A model generated the notes under the pieces. It made no database searches and was not told where the DNA came from. It saw only the letters and a program-made list of their open reading frames with translations. Positions 50,156-61,874 of a stretch of 64,000 bases of DNA are shown piece by piece. Origin of the DNA: Zygnema circumcarinatum SAG 698-1b (Eukaryota; Plantae; Zygnematophyceae). Made by a program: the position numbers and the translations under genes. The stretch spans positions 992,001-1,056,000 of the forward strand of contig CM074821.1 in assembly GCA_037447605.1 (NCBI GenBank), in the 5' to 3' direction. Position 1 is the stretch's first letter. Each line of letters begins with the position of its first letter.

Positions 50156-50591
50156 GTGTTTCGGTCCTTTGTGACCAGTCCTTCGTGGTTCCACATGTTG
50201 CCTTTATCCATGTAAATTTGATGGCCTCGCCATCGCGAGTTCAATGAAAGTTTGCGCTCTGAGTCGAAAAGGTTTCAGCTTCAAACTGAGAGGATTCGAA
50301 ATCGAAACGAAATCTCGCACGCTTCTATCCAACGGTTTGAATATCACACGTGCCCACGTGGCCCATCCAACGGTCATTGTTGGAGTGACTCGGTCAACTA
50401 ACGGATGCCGTTGGGTGCCGGTAGTTACGGCCGTTGCATTCAGGACGTTTTTCACATATACGGTAAATATACATATATAGAGAGTAGAGGGGAAATAGCC
50501 TTGATCTCACGATGGCAAGGCCATCAAATGTACAGGGATAAAATCAACATGGGGAACAAAAGGAATCGGTCACAAAGGACCTAAGGACAGA
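50156..50591. mobile_element. Foldback/MITE-like element with ~90-bp inverted arms
   Basis: The reverse complement of 50203-50244 (ttgaactcgcgatggcgaggccatcaaatttacatggataaa) matches 50501-50542 at 37/42. Similarity continues through ggtcacaaaggacc. Related copies lie at 18067-18176 and 46021-46039. Confidence 0.7.
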
Positions 50592-51700
50592 AAGAAAGAG
50601 CCTGTAAGTGGAAATCTACTTCTAGGCTCAACAACTTGGCACTAGAAGCAGCCACTAAGGTCGTCGATATATGGCACGTCACGCGAAGGGAGAGGTGGGA
50701 GACCACGGGGACGGGCACCAACAACTGCTGCACGCTGATGGTTGGATATGTATTATAGAGAGTAAATATGTATATACATATGACAAACCACAAACGAACA
50801 GTAGCCGATGGGGGCTCCGCCACCTGGATGATGGGCATCGATAGCCAAAACTTATGGGCAATGAGTCATAGGCATGCACATCAGGGGGGAAGCAGAGAGA
50901 GAGGAGAGGAATACGGGAGGAGGGTGAAGGACGGAGGGAAAGGATGGAGAGGAAGGAAAGAGAGGGCGAGGAGGGAAGCACATCTACCACCCCCAAGATT
51001 CCTTGTTAGATAAGAAAAACTCCCCATACCGGCTGCCGTCCGTTCAACATTGTATGCAAGATGAGAGGTGCGAACTCTTCGACGTATCCGTCCATGTACT
51101 CCGCAAAACACAAAACATAGTTATGTGGGATAGTCTTTAGGTTGGTGTAGGGAATGCGAGCCACCCTTTCCAGTCTAGAGAAATAGCCGGCAGGTGTCTG
51201 CCTTTTCCCCCAAGTCAAATCTGCAGCCATATCTACGGTCTAAACCTCCTTATGGACATCAATCTGTGCGCATGAACTTTTCTATATAAAGAATGCAAGC
51301 AGGGTTCAGCAGGGTCTAGCCGAGTTCCTGCATGCTTATGAAAGTGGGATTCATCTGTAACAACAGCTGAATTCTTGAACTTCAGAAAAGTGTAATCCTA
51401 AATGAAACCCTAAAAAAGATTGACAGTGCGAACGAGTGGTGCCAAACCCACCAGCCCCTGCGCACTGCCATCTTCTTTCAGCGGGACGGCTCCTTCCGCC
51501 GCGCAATTGTGAACCATGGAGCTAATCACACACCCATGTAGAGATAAGTCGCCCAAAACAGATAAATAGAAGATTGCTTAGGCATTCTGTGCTCATCTCT
51601 GTCTCGTACTTGCCATCGTGGCTTATGAACTTCGGCTTCCATACTGCCCATAAAACTTGAAGAATGAACTTTCTTGAACTTGAAGACTCCTCCCCCTTTA

Positions 51701-54700
51701 CTAGCAATACTTGAAGCTTACAATATGCGTGGGCAGCACATGCTCGTTCACATCATCCTCCCACACGATATACCTTGTGGGCTCCTCCATATTGTCAGTC
51801 CCTGTGTCAAATCTATCATCGCTTGGCCGCCGCTGCAGAGACTCAAAGGGCACTACCTCCATTGCTCCCACAATCAATCGGCACAAAAGCATGTGCTTCT
51901 CTCCACTGCTATCCGGCACTGCAAACTCTGCACTTGTATACGCTCTTTGCTCCGGAGCAAAGTAGATTCCTTGACCATATAATCGCCCATTTCTTCCCCC
52001 TGGAGACAGCTTGAATCCATTCAAAACAATGTTTTCAAGATTCTCGAATGGTGCTCCATGCCATGCAAGACGCTCATTTGCGTTTCCTCTAGCAGCTCGC
52101 CTGTCTGACAAAGCCCCCTCAAAAGCATCTCTCCTTCCCTCTGGGGCCCTAACTTCATACACACAGGTCACAGTCACAGGGCGGAGGGGAGATGGCGAGT
52201 TCACTATGGAGTCCACACTAGACCCTACTGAAACCCTCGTCTGTTTCTTTGTCATTCCGTTTATAAAGCGACCCACTACTTCGTTATACTGTGGAGACCC
52301 CGAACGCAGTGCTTTGAACATGGGTGGTCGAGCTGCCAAAAAGTGCGGCTTGCTTTCATCAACAGGGGGTGCTGAAGGGACGGAGTTTGAGCTGCTAGCA
52401 GAAGCAGAAGCAGAAGCTGAAGAACGGTGGGGGTCAAGTAGACTCTCCCTAGGGGAGGGGCAAGATTCAAGGCTATAGGAGCGAGGGAGAGGAGTTAAGG
52501 AAGGGAGAGGGGTTACAGAGGCAGACCTGCCCGGCATGCTATTGGATTGAGGGAGGGGGGGGGGGTAGGAGGGGGAGTTTTCCCTTGCAGACCATGAAGT
52601 GGACCGCTGGGAAACGGAAGGGGAGGGAGCTAAGCCCTGACTACGTAATTCCTGTAAGAGGGGAGCATACATAGCCAAATATCTCGGTTCTTGACTTCCT
52701 GGATGAAGCCCCTGAAAGGGCTTTGCAGGGTAGTTCCAAGCACCCAATGGAGGCACTCTCCAACATATGGATTTCGCAAACATAGAGCTCGCATTAATCT
52801 GAAAACACACAATGAAAGTACTGCATCAGTCGATGATTAGAGACCGGTCCAAGATGGAGAGTTTTGTATATAAAGCAAACAAACCCAGGAATCTATGATT
52901 GACTACAAGAGAGGAGGAGCTTGATCACTTGGTCATACGAGATGCAGACTTGTCCATGTCATGTTCATGACTTCACATCTGCATTACTACAAAGTCAACA
53001 TTCTCTGGAAACGCCATCTCCTGCCATACAGGTCTCTAATGAACCTCTCCTCATCAAGGATTCAACCGGCATTCAAGAATTGAGCATTACCTGCAGCTGC
53101 TGCCTGAAATCGACTATGTAAGTAGCCCCCGCAGAAGTGACAAGGGCGCAATATGCGGACCCCTCTCCCAGCTCAAAACTCACAGCGCGAGCTGCACTCT
53201 CATCGTATGCATTCCAAGTCCCCCCTTCAAAGTATCGAACTTCCAAGGGATTGTCGACTGCATGCTGCCAAAGCCGCTCCTGCATTGCTCTTTGACCAGC
53301 AGCATTCGCTACATGAATGGGCAGATTTCCGTACTGTTCTCCCCACATGCACCCCGGATGCACACGTGGTTTGAGTGACCAAGTTCAGACATTCCTCAGG
53401 CAAGAGAGAGGGTGATTGATGAGCATGTTTTATACATATGAAACAGGAGTGGGTCTAGGTTGTGAATGAATGAGTTTGTGACTGAGGACTTATGGAGTTT
53501 GAGGGACGGAGGTGTGGCATAGTTATCATACATGGAGGAGGGAAAAGAAAAATGAAGAAACCATTACAGTGAGGGTAATGAGGCGATGTGTAAAACATCT
53601 CGAGAAAAAAAAAAGATCAGCTAATGCTGACGTGGACAAAGACGAAACTTGAAATAGCATTCAAGACACTACTGGATTGATGAGAGATTGCTGGGAGGTA
53701 AAAGATCCCCAGCACAATACAGGCAAAGGAGGGGTATGTAATGGTTTCAAACATAGACAGAAGAACATGAACGAGATGCATATGAAATAAATTCCAGAGA
53801 TTACAAATGCAGAGTTGCTTCAGATCAGGCGTAAGAAATTTCAGCTAGCCTGAAACAACCAACGACTTGTCCGTTAGTTCCAGGATTCCTTGTGCTACCA
53901 ACTCTGCATGAGTTGGTAGCACAAGGCTTGCCTCCATAGCAGTATAGCCGCACCTTGTCCCTCACAGTGTGATCAGCTCCGCTGCGAAGTAAAGCATCCG
54001 CCACCTCCACATAGTTTGTACGAGCCACATAGTGTAGTGGAGTTTGCCCAAACTGGAGTGCAGGAAAGTGAGGAACAGTCAGCTTCAGCACATCATTGCA
54101 TTCCATCGTTAACGAATTCAGCATAAACTTTGATGTTTTGAATGTAAACGCATTGCATTGAGAAGGCCTCAGTCACAAAACAGCTCGCGGTCTTGACCTG
54201 GCAGTAGTGCTTCCGCTTCATATGGCAAATTATTCATAACCACTAAGTTGTGAATGAGATGAGACCAACGCTTGAACCTTAGCAGCGACTTGGAGCGAGG
54301 CAGCAGTGTGAGCCATCCTATATCTCGATACGCTCGTCAATCACGAAAGCCATCGGATGAAGTCGCCAGAAAGCAACTGGAGATACAACGACGAATACAC
54401 TCACATCATCTTGGGAGTTCAAGAAAGCTCCGTGCTGCAGCAGGGTCTCTACAATTTCCAGCTGCCCAGCATGGGCTGCAATATGCAACGGTCGACGATG
54501 ATGCTGCAGGAACATCAGCAAACAGGCTTATGAATTTTCAATAATAACTCTTCAAAGCCATGCGATGTGAAAAGCCAAAAAAATGAACCTAACATATGTA
54601 CCCACAGCCCAACCCACTCACTAATCTCACCCCAACCAAATGTGAAGAACGTTCACCTTCACCTTCAAAATATCTTTCTTCCAGTGTCATATTCTAAGGA

Positions 54701-55155
54701 AGATTTGTAAAAGCAGACGAGCATCATTATCAAGCAATCCGACGGCCATCTCGATACAGTGAATGTAAACACAGGACCTCAGATGTACAGTATACAAATT
54801 CATCCTTGAAGAAACCCGGTATCTGAACATGGATGCGTGTAGAAATGCAGTTGCATTTAAGCATTGTGACGCCACTACCCCACTTCATGCTGCGCAAAAA
54901 TGCACCGCATCAAGTTCCACAGACTTCGCCAACATTTAAAACCGAGGATCAAACCAGACCAAACCAAACCCCGCGCGAGCAAATATTCCTGCAAATACAT
55001 TTCCTGAAGCCCTAATCTTTAGCAGCTGCCCTCGTTACCTTGCCCAAACTCTTGGAAACCCTATTCGCATCCGTTCCGCGAAGCAGCGCCTTCCTCACGC
55101 CTTTCACGTCTCCATTCTTCGCCATGCTGTCCATCGCAGGACTGAAGAGCCCCAT
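51701..55155 (-). CDS. Ankyrin repeat-WWE-PARP catalytic domain protein; 5 exons, ~551 aa
   Basis: Minus-strand exons 55155-55039, 54503-54405 (99 nt), 54052-53954 (99 nt), 53333-53091, 52798-51701; all phase 0, GT-AG. Ankyrin motifs RPLHIAAHAGQLEIVETLLQHGA, GQTPLHYVA...GAD, GNLPIHVA. WWE-like YFEGGTWNAYD...TYIVDFRQQLQIN. PARP motifs NERLAWHG, LYGQGIYFA, MLLCRLIVG, FDTGTD...PTRYIVW...VLPTHIVSF. Confidence 0.9.
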
Positions 55156-55399
55156 AGCGATCAAACCACAGCCCTTCCTCTTCTCTCCCTTTCAAATCCC
55201 GAACCTCTGCTTTGAACCTGTTTCTCCCTACCCTCCCTCCCTCCCTCCCTCCCTCCCTCCCTCCGTCCTTCCCTCCCTCTCTCCCTCTCTCTCTACCTCC
55301 GCCCTCCCCCTCTCACCAACCCTCGCACGTGCGACATGGCCGCAGTCAGAACTTCTCAAAAAGACCATATGCCAGTCCCTCGCCCTTGGTCCGGTCAAA

Positions 55400-55870
55400 C
55401 CTCACGTGACGTGACGTGACGTGACCTGCCGTGATACTGCCGCCCTTGCGGGCCTCCCTCTCCCTTACGTCTCTCCGCATTCGGCGCAGTTTCGCCGAAC
55501 GGCCGACATTGGTGCCCTCCCAGCCGTTGGATTTGTACGTGCAGCGACCGAGACCGTCCGATTGTGAGACTCCCGCACGTGCAGGGCGCCGTCCTGCGCC
55601 GGCGGCATCGATGGCGGTGCAAGTCACCTGTCCGTATCGTACGGACTGCAAAGGGCCGGCCCTGGCCTGTACGAACCACGTGGCGGGCGGCCGCACCGAC
55701 CGGGTCCCGAATCCCACGCAATGCGGGGCTGGCGCGTGGCAAAAGTCTTGTGACAAAATTGTACGGCATTGTACAGTCGTAAGGCGGCTGGATGCCGTCG
55801 AGGGTAAAGGTCGCTGACGGCCCCGCCAATGGTTGTCTGTCATGTCAACATAATTCTCACGTGGCGAGCT
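55400..55870. promoter_or_regulatory. Upstream regulatory region of the ANK-WWE-PARP gene
   Basis: A (gtgac)4 tandem at ~55406-55425, CGTAC/GTACG cores at ~55637, 55668, 55760, 55771, and cacgtggc at ~55677 and ~55859. Confidence 0.4.
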
Positions 55871-56750
55871 GTGATTGGCCCGAGAGTGACAAATAGTGCT
55901 CAAAAGTGCGCGAGAATTCTCTTGTCCCCTTTTAAAAGAAGGTTCCGCAAGGGAGCGCAGGCGTTCCATGGGCACTCCATGTGGCAGTTCCGTTGAACGA
56001 GAACTGTCACAGCATCATGTACACAGAACAGGTTCCCTCCCCCTGCAGCAGCAAGCAGCAGTGCGCCTCCATCCAATCGCACAGCCCCAATGGGGGGTGT
56101 CAGACTCAACAAAATTTTGCGAACATGAAAGTTTCGGAAGTAAGCAGCTGCATCCCAATGTCGCCGGAGTAGTGCTCGTCCTGGTCTCCAACTTGCAAAC
56201 AACGTCTAAGTCTTTCTAGTCTGTCACCCCCTATTCCTGCTGCTCCCTTAAAGAACAACAAACCACGAAACAAGGCCATGCATGACCAGCCATCAAAATT
56301 ATTCAAAAGCGAGCTATCCATCCTTCCTGAGATGGTCCTGCTCCGGCATTGAATTTGAATTTGAATTTTTTTTTTTTGAATTTTTCCTCCGACCTGCTTT
56401 CCAGTACCTCGCAGTGGGACGTCGCTCGATGTGTTGCGCCTCTCAAGTAATGAAATGAAGCAGAACTACATCGATCTAAACCTAAACCTCCGCCACGTGT
56501 CGACTCAGGCCAGCCATGCATGCATGCATGGCCATGCAGTGTATCCGGCGGCGGATGGGTCCAACGGTTGCGTTTGAAGGGCCTTAGCCTCCCCTCAGAT
56601 TTTGAAAACCTGTCAGCCACTGATCGCCTTCGAAGGTTGAATATCAAAAATACACAATCAAATTCCAGATTTTTTTTTCCCCAACTCATTGGTCAGCCCC
56701 CCCCCCCCTAGCCTAAATTCTTGGGTCTCAATCCCCCCCTGAACTAAAAC

Positions 56751-56766
56751 CCTGGATCCGGCCCTG
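56751..56766 (-). mobile_element. Possible solo hAT-type terminal repeat (CAGGGCCGGATCCAGG on the minus strand)
   Basis: cctggatccggccctg resembles the CAGGGGCGGATCC-type ends of hAT MITEs. No partner TIR was found. Confidence 0.3.
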
Positions 56767-56951
56767 AACATATCCAAGAGAGAAAAAACCCTCGCTTCAT
56801 GCAGAGCTCCCTTTGCTTGCATCAGAGGTGCTCGCCGGCCCCTGCTTCCTTTCTATCCGTACCGGCTCCTCCGCTACAAGAGAGAAGCTCCGTACATTCT
56901 GCAACAAGCACAGAGCCAATTAATTTGATAACATCAAGATTTTTTAAAAAG

Positions 56952-56995
56952 TGGCGCGCTGGTAGAACTCGAACCCACAACCAGCGTGTTCGCAG
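56952..56995 (-). pseudogene. tRNA 3'-half relic or tRNA-derived SINE head
   Basis: The minus strand reads CTGCGAA-CACGC-TGGTT-GTGGG-TTCGAGT-TCTAC-CAGCGCG-CCA followed by CTTTTT. This gives an anticodon-loop geometry, a pairable T-arm with a B-box and a Pol III-like terminator. The 5' half is unrecognisable. Confidence 0.5.
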
Positions 56996-58019
56996 CATAA
57001 ACTAATCATCATCAACAATATCTCAAGCCAGTTTATCATTAATCCTTGCTGCAACGCCATTATCAGCATATCTTCCTTATTCTATAACTATATTCAACTC
57101 AAACTTTTGGCTGCAACAGAATGCGGCCATAGATTTTCCACGGAGAAAAATAACTGGCATCCTGTCCCTATTCTACATTCTTTCTCAAAAACACATCACA
57201 CGTTGGAAATTCCAGAACCTGTACATAACCAACACCAATTTGCTTCTTTCAAATCTTTGTGGTTGTACCAATTCTATATTGAAGCCTACGCATTGTAGGC
57301 TGTAGGCTTGTTGTTTTGAGGTTTTCAGCACGTTCGAAGGTTTGAAGGTTTGAAAGAGTTTCGCCTCTTGCCAGCATAATTGACCCAAATCCTCACGGAA
57401 CTTTAGATTTAAAAAACTTCGCGTTCTGAAGAAGTTAGATTTATCTCAAAATTTTAAAAAATTCCAGTACCCAGTTCTTTCCATTTATAACTCATTTATC
57501 TAGCCTTACTTCTCCTTGGCAGTTAAAAAACCCATCAGCTACAGCCCGTGAACCATACCCTAGAGCTACCCTCACCCGCCTCTCGCAACATTTCCGCAGC
57601 TGCCCTAAAAGCAGAACACATCGCGCCTCCTGAAAGTTCAGCGCAGCCACACAGTTCAGCAACCTCACGGCCTCCTCCCCGCAGGCCACGTGTCCTCCTC
57701 CTCCTCCCCCTGAACCCCTCTCCCCCCTCCCTCCCTCCCCCTCCACCAATGGCGGGGCCGAGGGGGGCGTGCTTCCACCGGGAGAGGGAGAGCTTGCGGG
57801 GGAGGCCCCTTCGCTCTCCAGCGTCATGCCACGTGTCACACCTCCCTCTCCGCCACGTGGCGCGCTGTGAGCGCTCGCATCCGCCGACCTTTCCTAATGT
57901 TTTTGCCGTTCTGAACCATGATGGAGTGCCGTTCTCTGCTCACAGTTACACACAGCGATTTGGCGCATAGATCCACGCTCCCGTCCGTCGTTTCATGTGT
58001 TGTTACCATGTGGCGTTCT

Positions 58020-58420
58020 GTGCAGTACCGTAACAAAACCTTGCCGTACGGTGTCGTACGAAGGACTTGTTTTTAGCCTATCCAATTTCGGCCACGTGGC
58101 GCTCTGACGTCCCTCCAGGTCTCGGGCCGCCATCTTTTTGGAGTCGGCCAATCCAACTTTTCTGGAAGATGCTTTCGTACGATCCGCACCTGCAATCCGT
58201 ACGGACAAAAGCAAGTTCAAGTTGGACACATTAGCAAATCAGGGACTGCCGCGTGTGCAAGCTCCCAGTTCTACGCTCTCTGATTGGAGGATGTGAACGC
58301 GGGATTCGGCGTTGACAACGACAGAATGTGAAACCAATGTGAACAGGTCGTGAAATGACCGAAAGGAAATACCCTTTTTGCTTTTCCGTCGTACGGAATG
58401 GTACGACCTGTACGGAATGG
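58020..58420. promoter_or_regulatory. CGTAC-rich upstream region of TypA
   Basis: ccgtacggtgtcgtacga (~58044), tcgtacga (~58175), ccgtacgga (~58198), tcgtacggaatggtacgacctgtacgg (~58389) and gccacgtggc (~58091). Confidence 0.4.
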
Positions 58421-58502
58421 CCTCCAGCCAGTCCAACGGCTGACGAGCGCCCCCAGCCACAAGGTGCGGCGCCGCGCGACCGGGCGGCCGCCGGCCACGT
58501 CA

Positions 58503-61500
58503 GGGCCCGCGCTGGCCGGGCCCCGTCCAAAACCCTGGCGAGCCCTGCGGCCGCGCGGGGGATATGGCCGGCTGTTCCAAAATTTTCGAATCCTCGCTTC
58601 CAAAACCCTGAAGCGGAGATTAGAAGGTGCGGCAGAGCAAAAGTAGCAGGAGGAAGGGTGCAGAAGGACTTGGCAGGAGTTGGGCGCTGCTGCTGCAAAC
58701 TCTGCAAGAGAAGGGAGCTTGCTAGCGCGGGGCGGACGGCAGCCATGGCGGCCGTTGGAAGCTGCGTGGGGAATGCGGTCGTCGGAACCTGCAGGCTGGT
58801 TGAGGAGCGGGGGGGGGCGGATGTGAAGGTGAGGGAGTGATGGGAGGGAGGGGAGGGAGGGAAGGGAGGAAGGGAGTTAGGCAGGGAGGGGAGGGAGGGG
58901 AGGGAGGAAGGGAGTTGGGCAGGGAGGGGAGGGAGGGGAGGGAGGAAGGGAGTTAGGCAGGGAGGGGAGAGATGGAGGGAGGGAGTTAGACAGGGAGGGA
59001 GGCGCAATGAAGGAAAGAAGCGAGAGAGAAAGAGAGAGGTGGAGAGGAAGGGAGGGAGGGAGGGAGAGGAGGACGGAACGAATAAGAGGTGGGGGGAAGG
59101 AGGAAGGGTGGGAGGGAGGGAGAGAGGGAGGTGGAAGGGAAGAGAAAGTGAGGGAGGGAGGGGTGGAGGTGGAAGGGAGGTGAAAGGGAGGGGAGGGAGG
59201 GACGGAGGGAGAAAGGGAGGCGAAAGTGAGGAGAAAGGATTTGAGGTGGAGGGGAGGGGAGGATCGGATTGTATGGGGATTCGATCTTGAAGGCTTAGAG
59301 TTAGTTTGATGCTATGAGTTGTCTTTGGGGCTGCTGTTCTGACTTGAAGAACGTTTGTTCAAGCTTATAACCTCGAGAGCTATCTTGCCGTGTTCATTTG
59401 CAGCCCGCATTGCGGCAAGCAGTGCGATGCAGCAGCCGTCCAGCGCAGTGGAGTGGAGGCCTTCAGCAGAAGCAAGGGGTGGAATCTCGCAGCTTTTTTG
59501 GCCACGCTGTGGCGGCGGATCTTCAGACCCTGCGAATCGCAGAGTCTCAGGCGGCTCGTGAAGTTGCTACAGTCAGTGCGGCTCTTGCGACAGAGCCAGC
59601 AGGTACGGCTGCAGGAGAGCAGCACCTCTCTGCATTATTTCCATGCTTGGTGGTGTGTTTTGGTGGTTCCTCGGTGTGCGGTGTGCGAATACTTTATATG
59701 TGGTTGTTGGTGTGTCTCATGTGTATGCTCTCAAAGTCGAGTATAAGTGGAACAAAATAGCACTGACCATTCCTTGAAGTCCTGGATGTTGAAGAAAAGT
59801 GGTCAAAGAAGGTTTCCAATCCATTCTACTGTAATCTCTGTTCCTCAGCTGCTTTACTTGCTTCCACTCTAATAACATTTCAGACAGCGATCAGAGATTC
59901 GATTTTCTTTTGAAATTTGAATGGGGCTTGCGTTGCGTTAAAGCAGTTGCAGATTCTGCTCCGTCGGGAAAAAAATCTCGTGATGATATTCGCAACATTG
60001 CTATCATTGCACACGTTGATCATGGAAAGACAACTCTTGTGGATGCAATGTTGCGGCAAGCCAAGGTGAGAGTTGGATGAGATTTTTGTTAATGTCTTCT
60101 CCGCACATTCCATCCCCTTCGAGACATTTTTTCTTACTGATTTCCCGAAGCACGAAACTCTCATTCTGTTTATCCATGGGCCCNNNNNNNNNNGGGCCCG
60201 CGCTGGCCGGGCCCCGTCCAAAACCCTGGCGAGCCCTGCGGCCGCGCGGGGGATATGGCCGGCTGTTCCAAAATTTTCGAATCCTCGCTTCCAAAACCCT
60301 GAAGCGGAGATTAGAAGGTGCGGCAGAGCAAAAGTAGCAGGAGGAAGGGTGCAGAAGGACTTGGCAGGAGTTGGGCGCTGCTGCTGCAAACTCTGCAAGA
60401 GAAGGGAGCTTGCTAGCGCGGGGCGGACGGCAGCCATGGCGGCCGTTGGAAGCTGCGTGGGGAATGCGGTCGTCGGAACCTGCAGGCTGGTTGAGGAGCG
60501 GGGGGGGGCGGATGTGAAGGTGAGGGAGTGATGGGAGGGAGGGGAGGGAGGGAAGGGAGGAAGGGAGTTAGGCAGGGAGGGGAGGGAGGGGAGGGAGGAA
60601 GGGAGTTGGGCAGGGAGGGGAGGGAGGGGAGGGAGGAAGGGAGTTAGGCAGGGAGGGGAGAGATGGAGGGAGGGAGTTAGACAGGGAGGGAGGCGCAATG
60701 AAGGAAAGAAGCGAGAGAGAAAGAGAGAGGTGGAGAGGAAGGGAGGGAGGGAGGGAGAGGAGGACGGAACGAATAAGAGGTGGGGGGAAGGAGGAAGGGT
60801 GGGAGGGAGGGAGAGAGGGAGGTGGAAGGGAAGAGAAAGTGAGGGAGGGAGGGGTGGAGGTGGAAGGGAGGTGAAAGGGAGGGGAGGGAGGGACGGAGGG
60901 AGAAAGGGAGGCGAAAGTGAGGAGAAAGGATTTGAGGTGGAGGGGAGGGGAGGATCGGATTGTATGGGGATTCGATCTTGAAGGCTTAGAGTTAGTTTGA
61001 TGCTATGAGTTGTCTTTGGGGCTGCTGTTCTGACTTGAAGAACGTTTGTTCAAGCTTATAACCTCGAGAGCTATCTTGCCGTGTTCATTTGCAGCCCGCA
61101 TTGCGGCAAGCAGTGCGATGCAGCAGCCGTCCAGCGCAGTGGAGTGGAGGCCTTCAGCAGAAGCAAGGGGTGGAATCTCGCAGCTTTTTTGGCCACGCTG
61201 TGGCGGCGGATCTTCAGACCCTGCGAATCGCAGAGTCTCAGGCGGCTCGTGAAGTTGCTACAGTCAGTGCGGCTCTTGCGACAGAGCCAGCAGGTACGGC
61301 TGCAGGAGAGCAGCACCTCTCTGCATTATTTCCATGCTTGGTGGTGTGTTTTGGTGGTTCCTCGGTGTGCGGTGTGCGAATACTTTATATGTGGTTGTTG
61401 GTGTGTCTCATGTGTATGCTCTCAAAGTCGAGTATAAGTGGAACAAAATAGCACTGACCATTCCTTGAAGTCCTGGATGTTGAAGAAAAGTGGTCAAAGA

Positions 61501-61874
61501 AGGTTTCCAATCCATTCTACTGTAATCTCTGTTCCTCAGCTGCTTTACTTGCTTCCACTCTAATAACATTTCAGACAGCGATCAGAGATTCGATTTTCTT
61601 TTGAAATTTGAATGGGGCTTGCGTTGCGTTAAAGCAGTTGCAGATTCTGCTCCGTCGGGAAAAAAATCTCGTGATGATATTCGCAACATTGCTATCATTG
61701 CACACGTTGATCATGGAAAGACAACTCTTGTGGATGCAATGTTGCGGCAAGCCAAGGTGAGAGTTGGATGAGATTTTTGTTAATGTCTTCTCCGCACATT
61801 CCATCCCCTTCGAGACATTTTTTCTTACTGATTTCCCGAAGCACGAAACTCTCATTCTGTTTATCCATGGGCCC
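58503..61874. repeat. Exact tandem duplication of 1681 bp (58503-60183 = 60194-61874) separated by 10 N
   Basis: Constant offset of 1691. No differences were seen on inspection. Each copy begins and ends with GGGCCC. Confidence 0.95.
58745..60065 (+). pseudogene. typA: Truncated first copy of TypA exons 1-3 (probable assembly duplicate)
   Basis: Exons 58745-58828, 59404-59602, 59953-60065 are identical to the downstream copy; the copy ends in intron 3 at the N gap. Confidence 0.6.

Noticed and set aside
56513-56532. Perfect 20-bp palindrome gccatgcatgcatgcatggc (RY-like), with similar CATG runs at ~41649
   Set aside because: It is a tetranucleotide microsatellite that is palindromic by construction; there is no evidence of function.
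58231-60698. Minus-strand ORFs of 258 and 272 aa
   Set aside because: They are antisense to TypA exon 1, its GA-rich intron and its promoter; low complexity, and one crosses an N gap.
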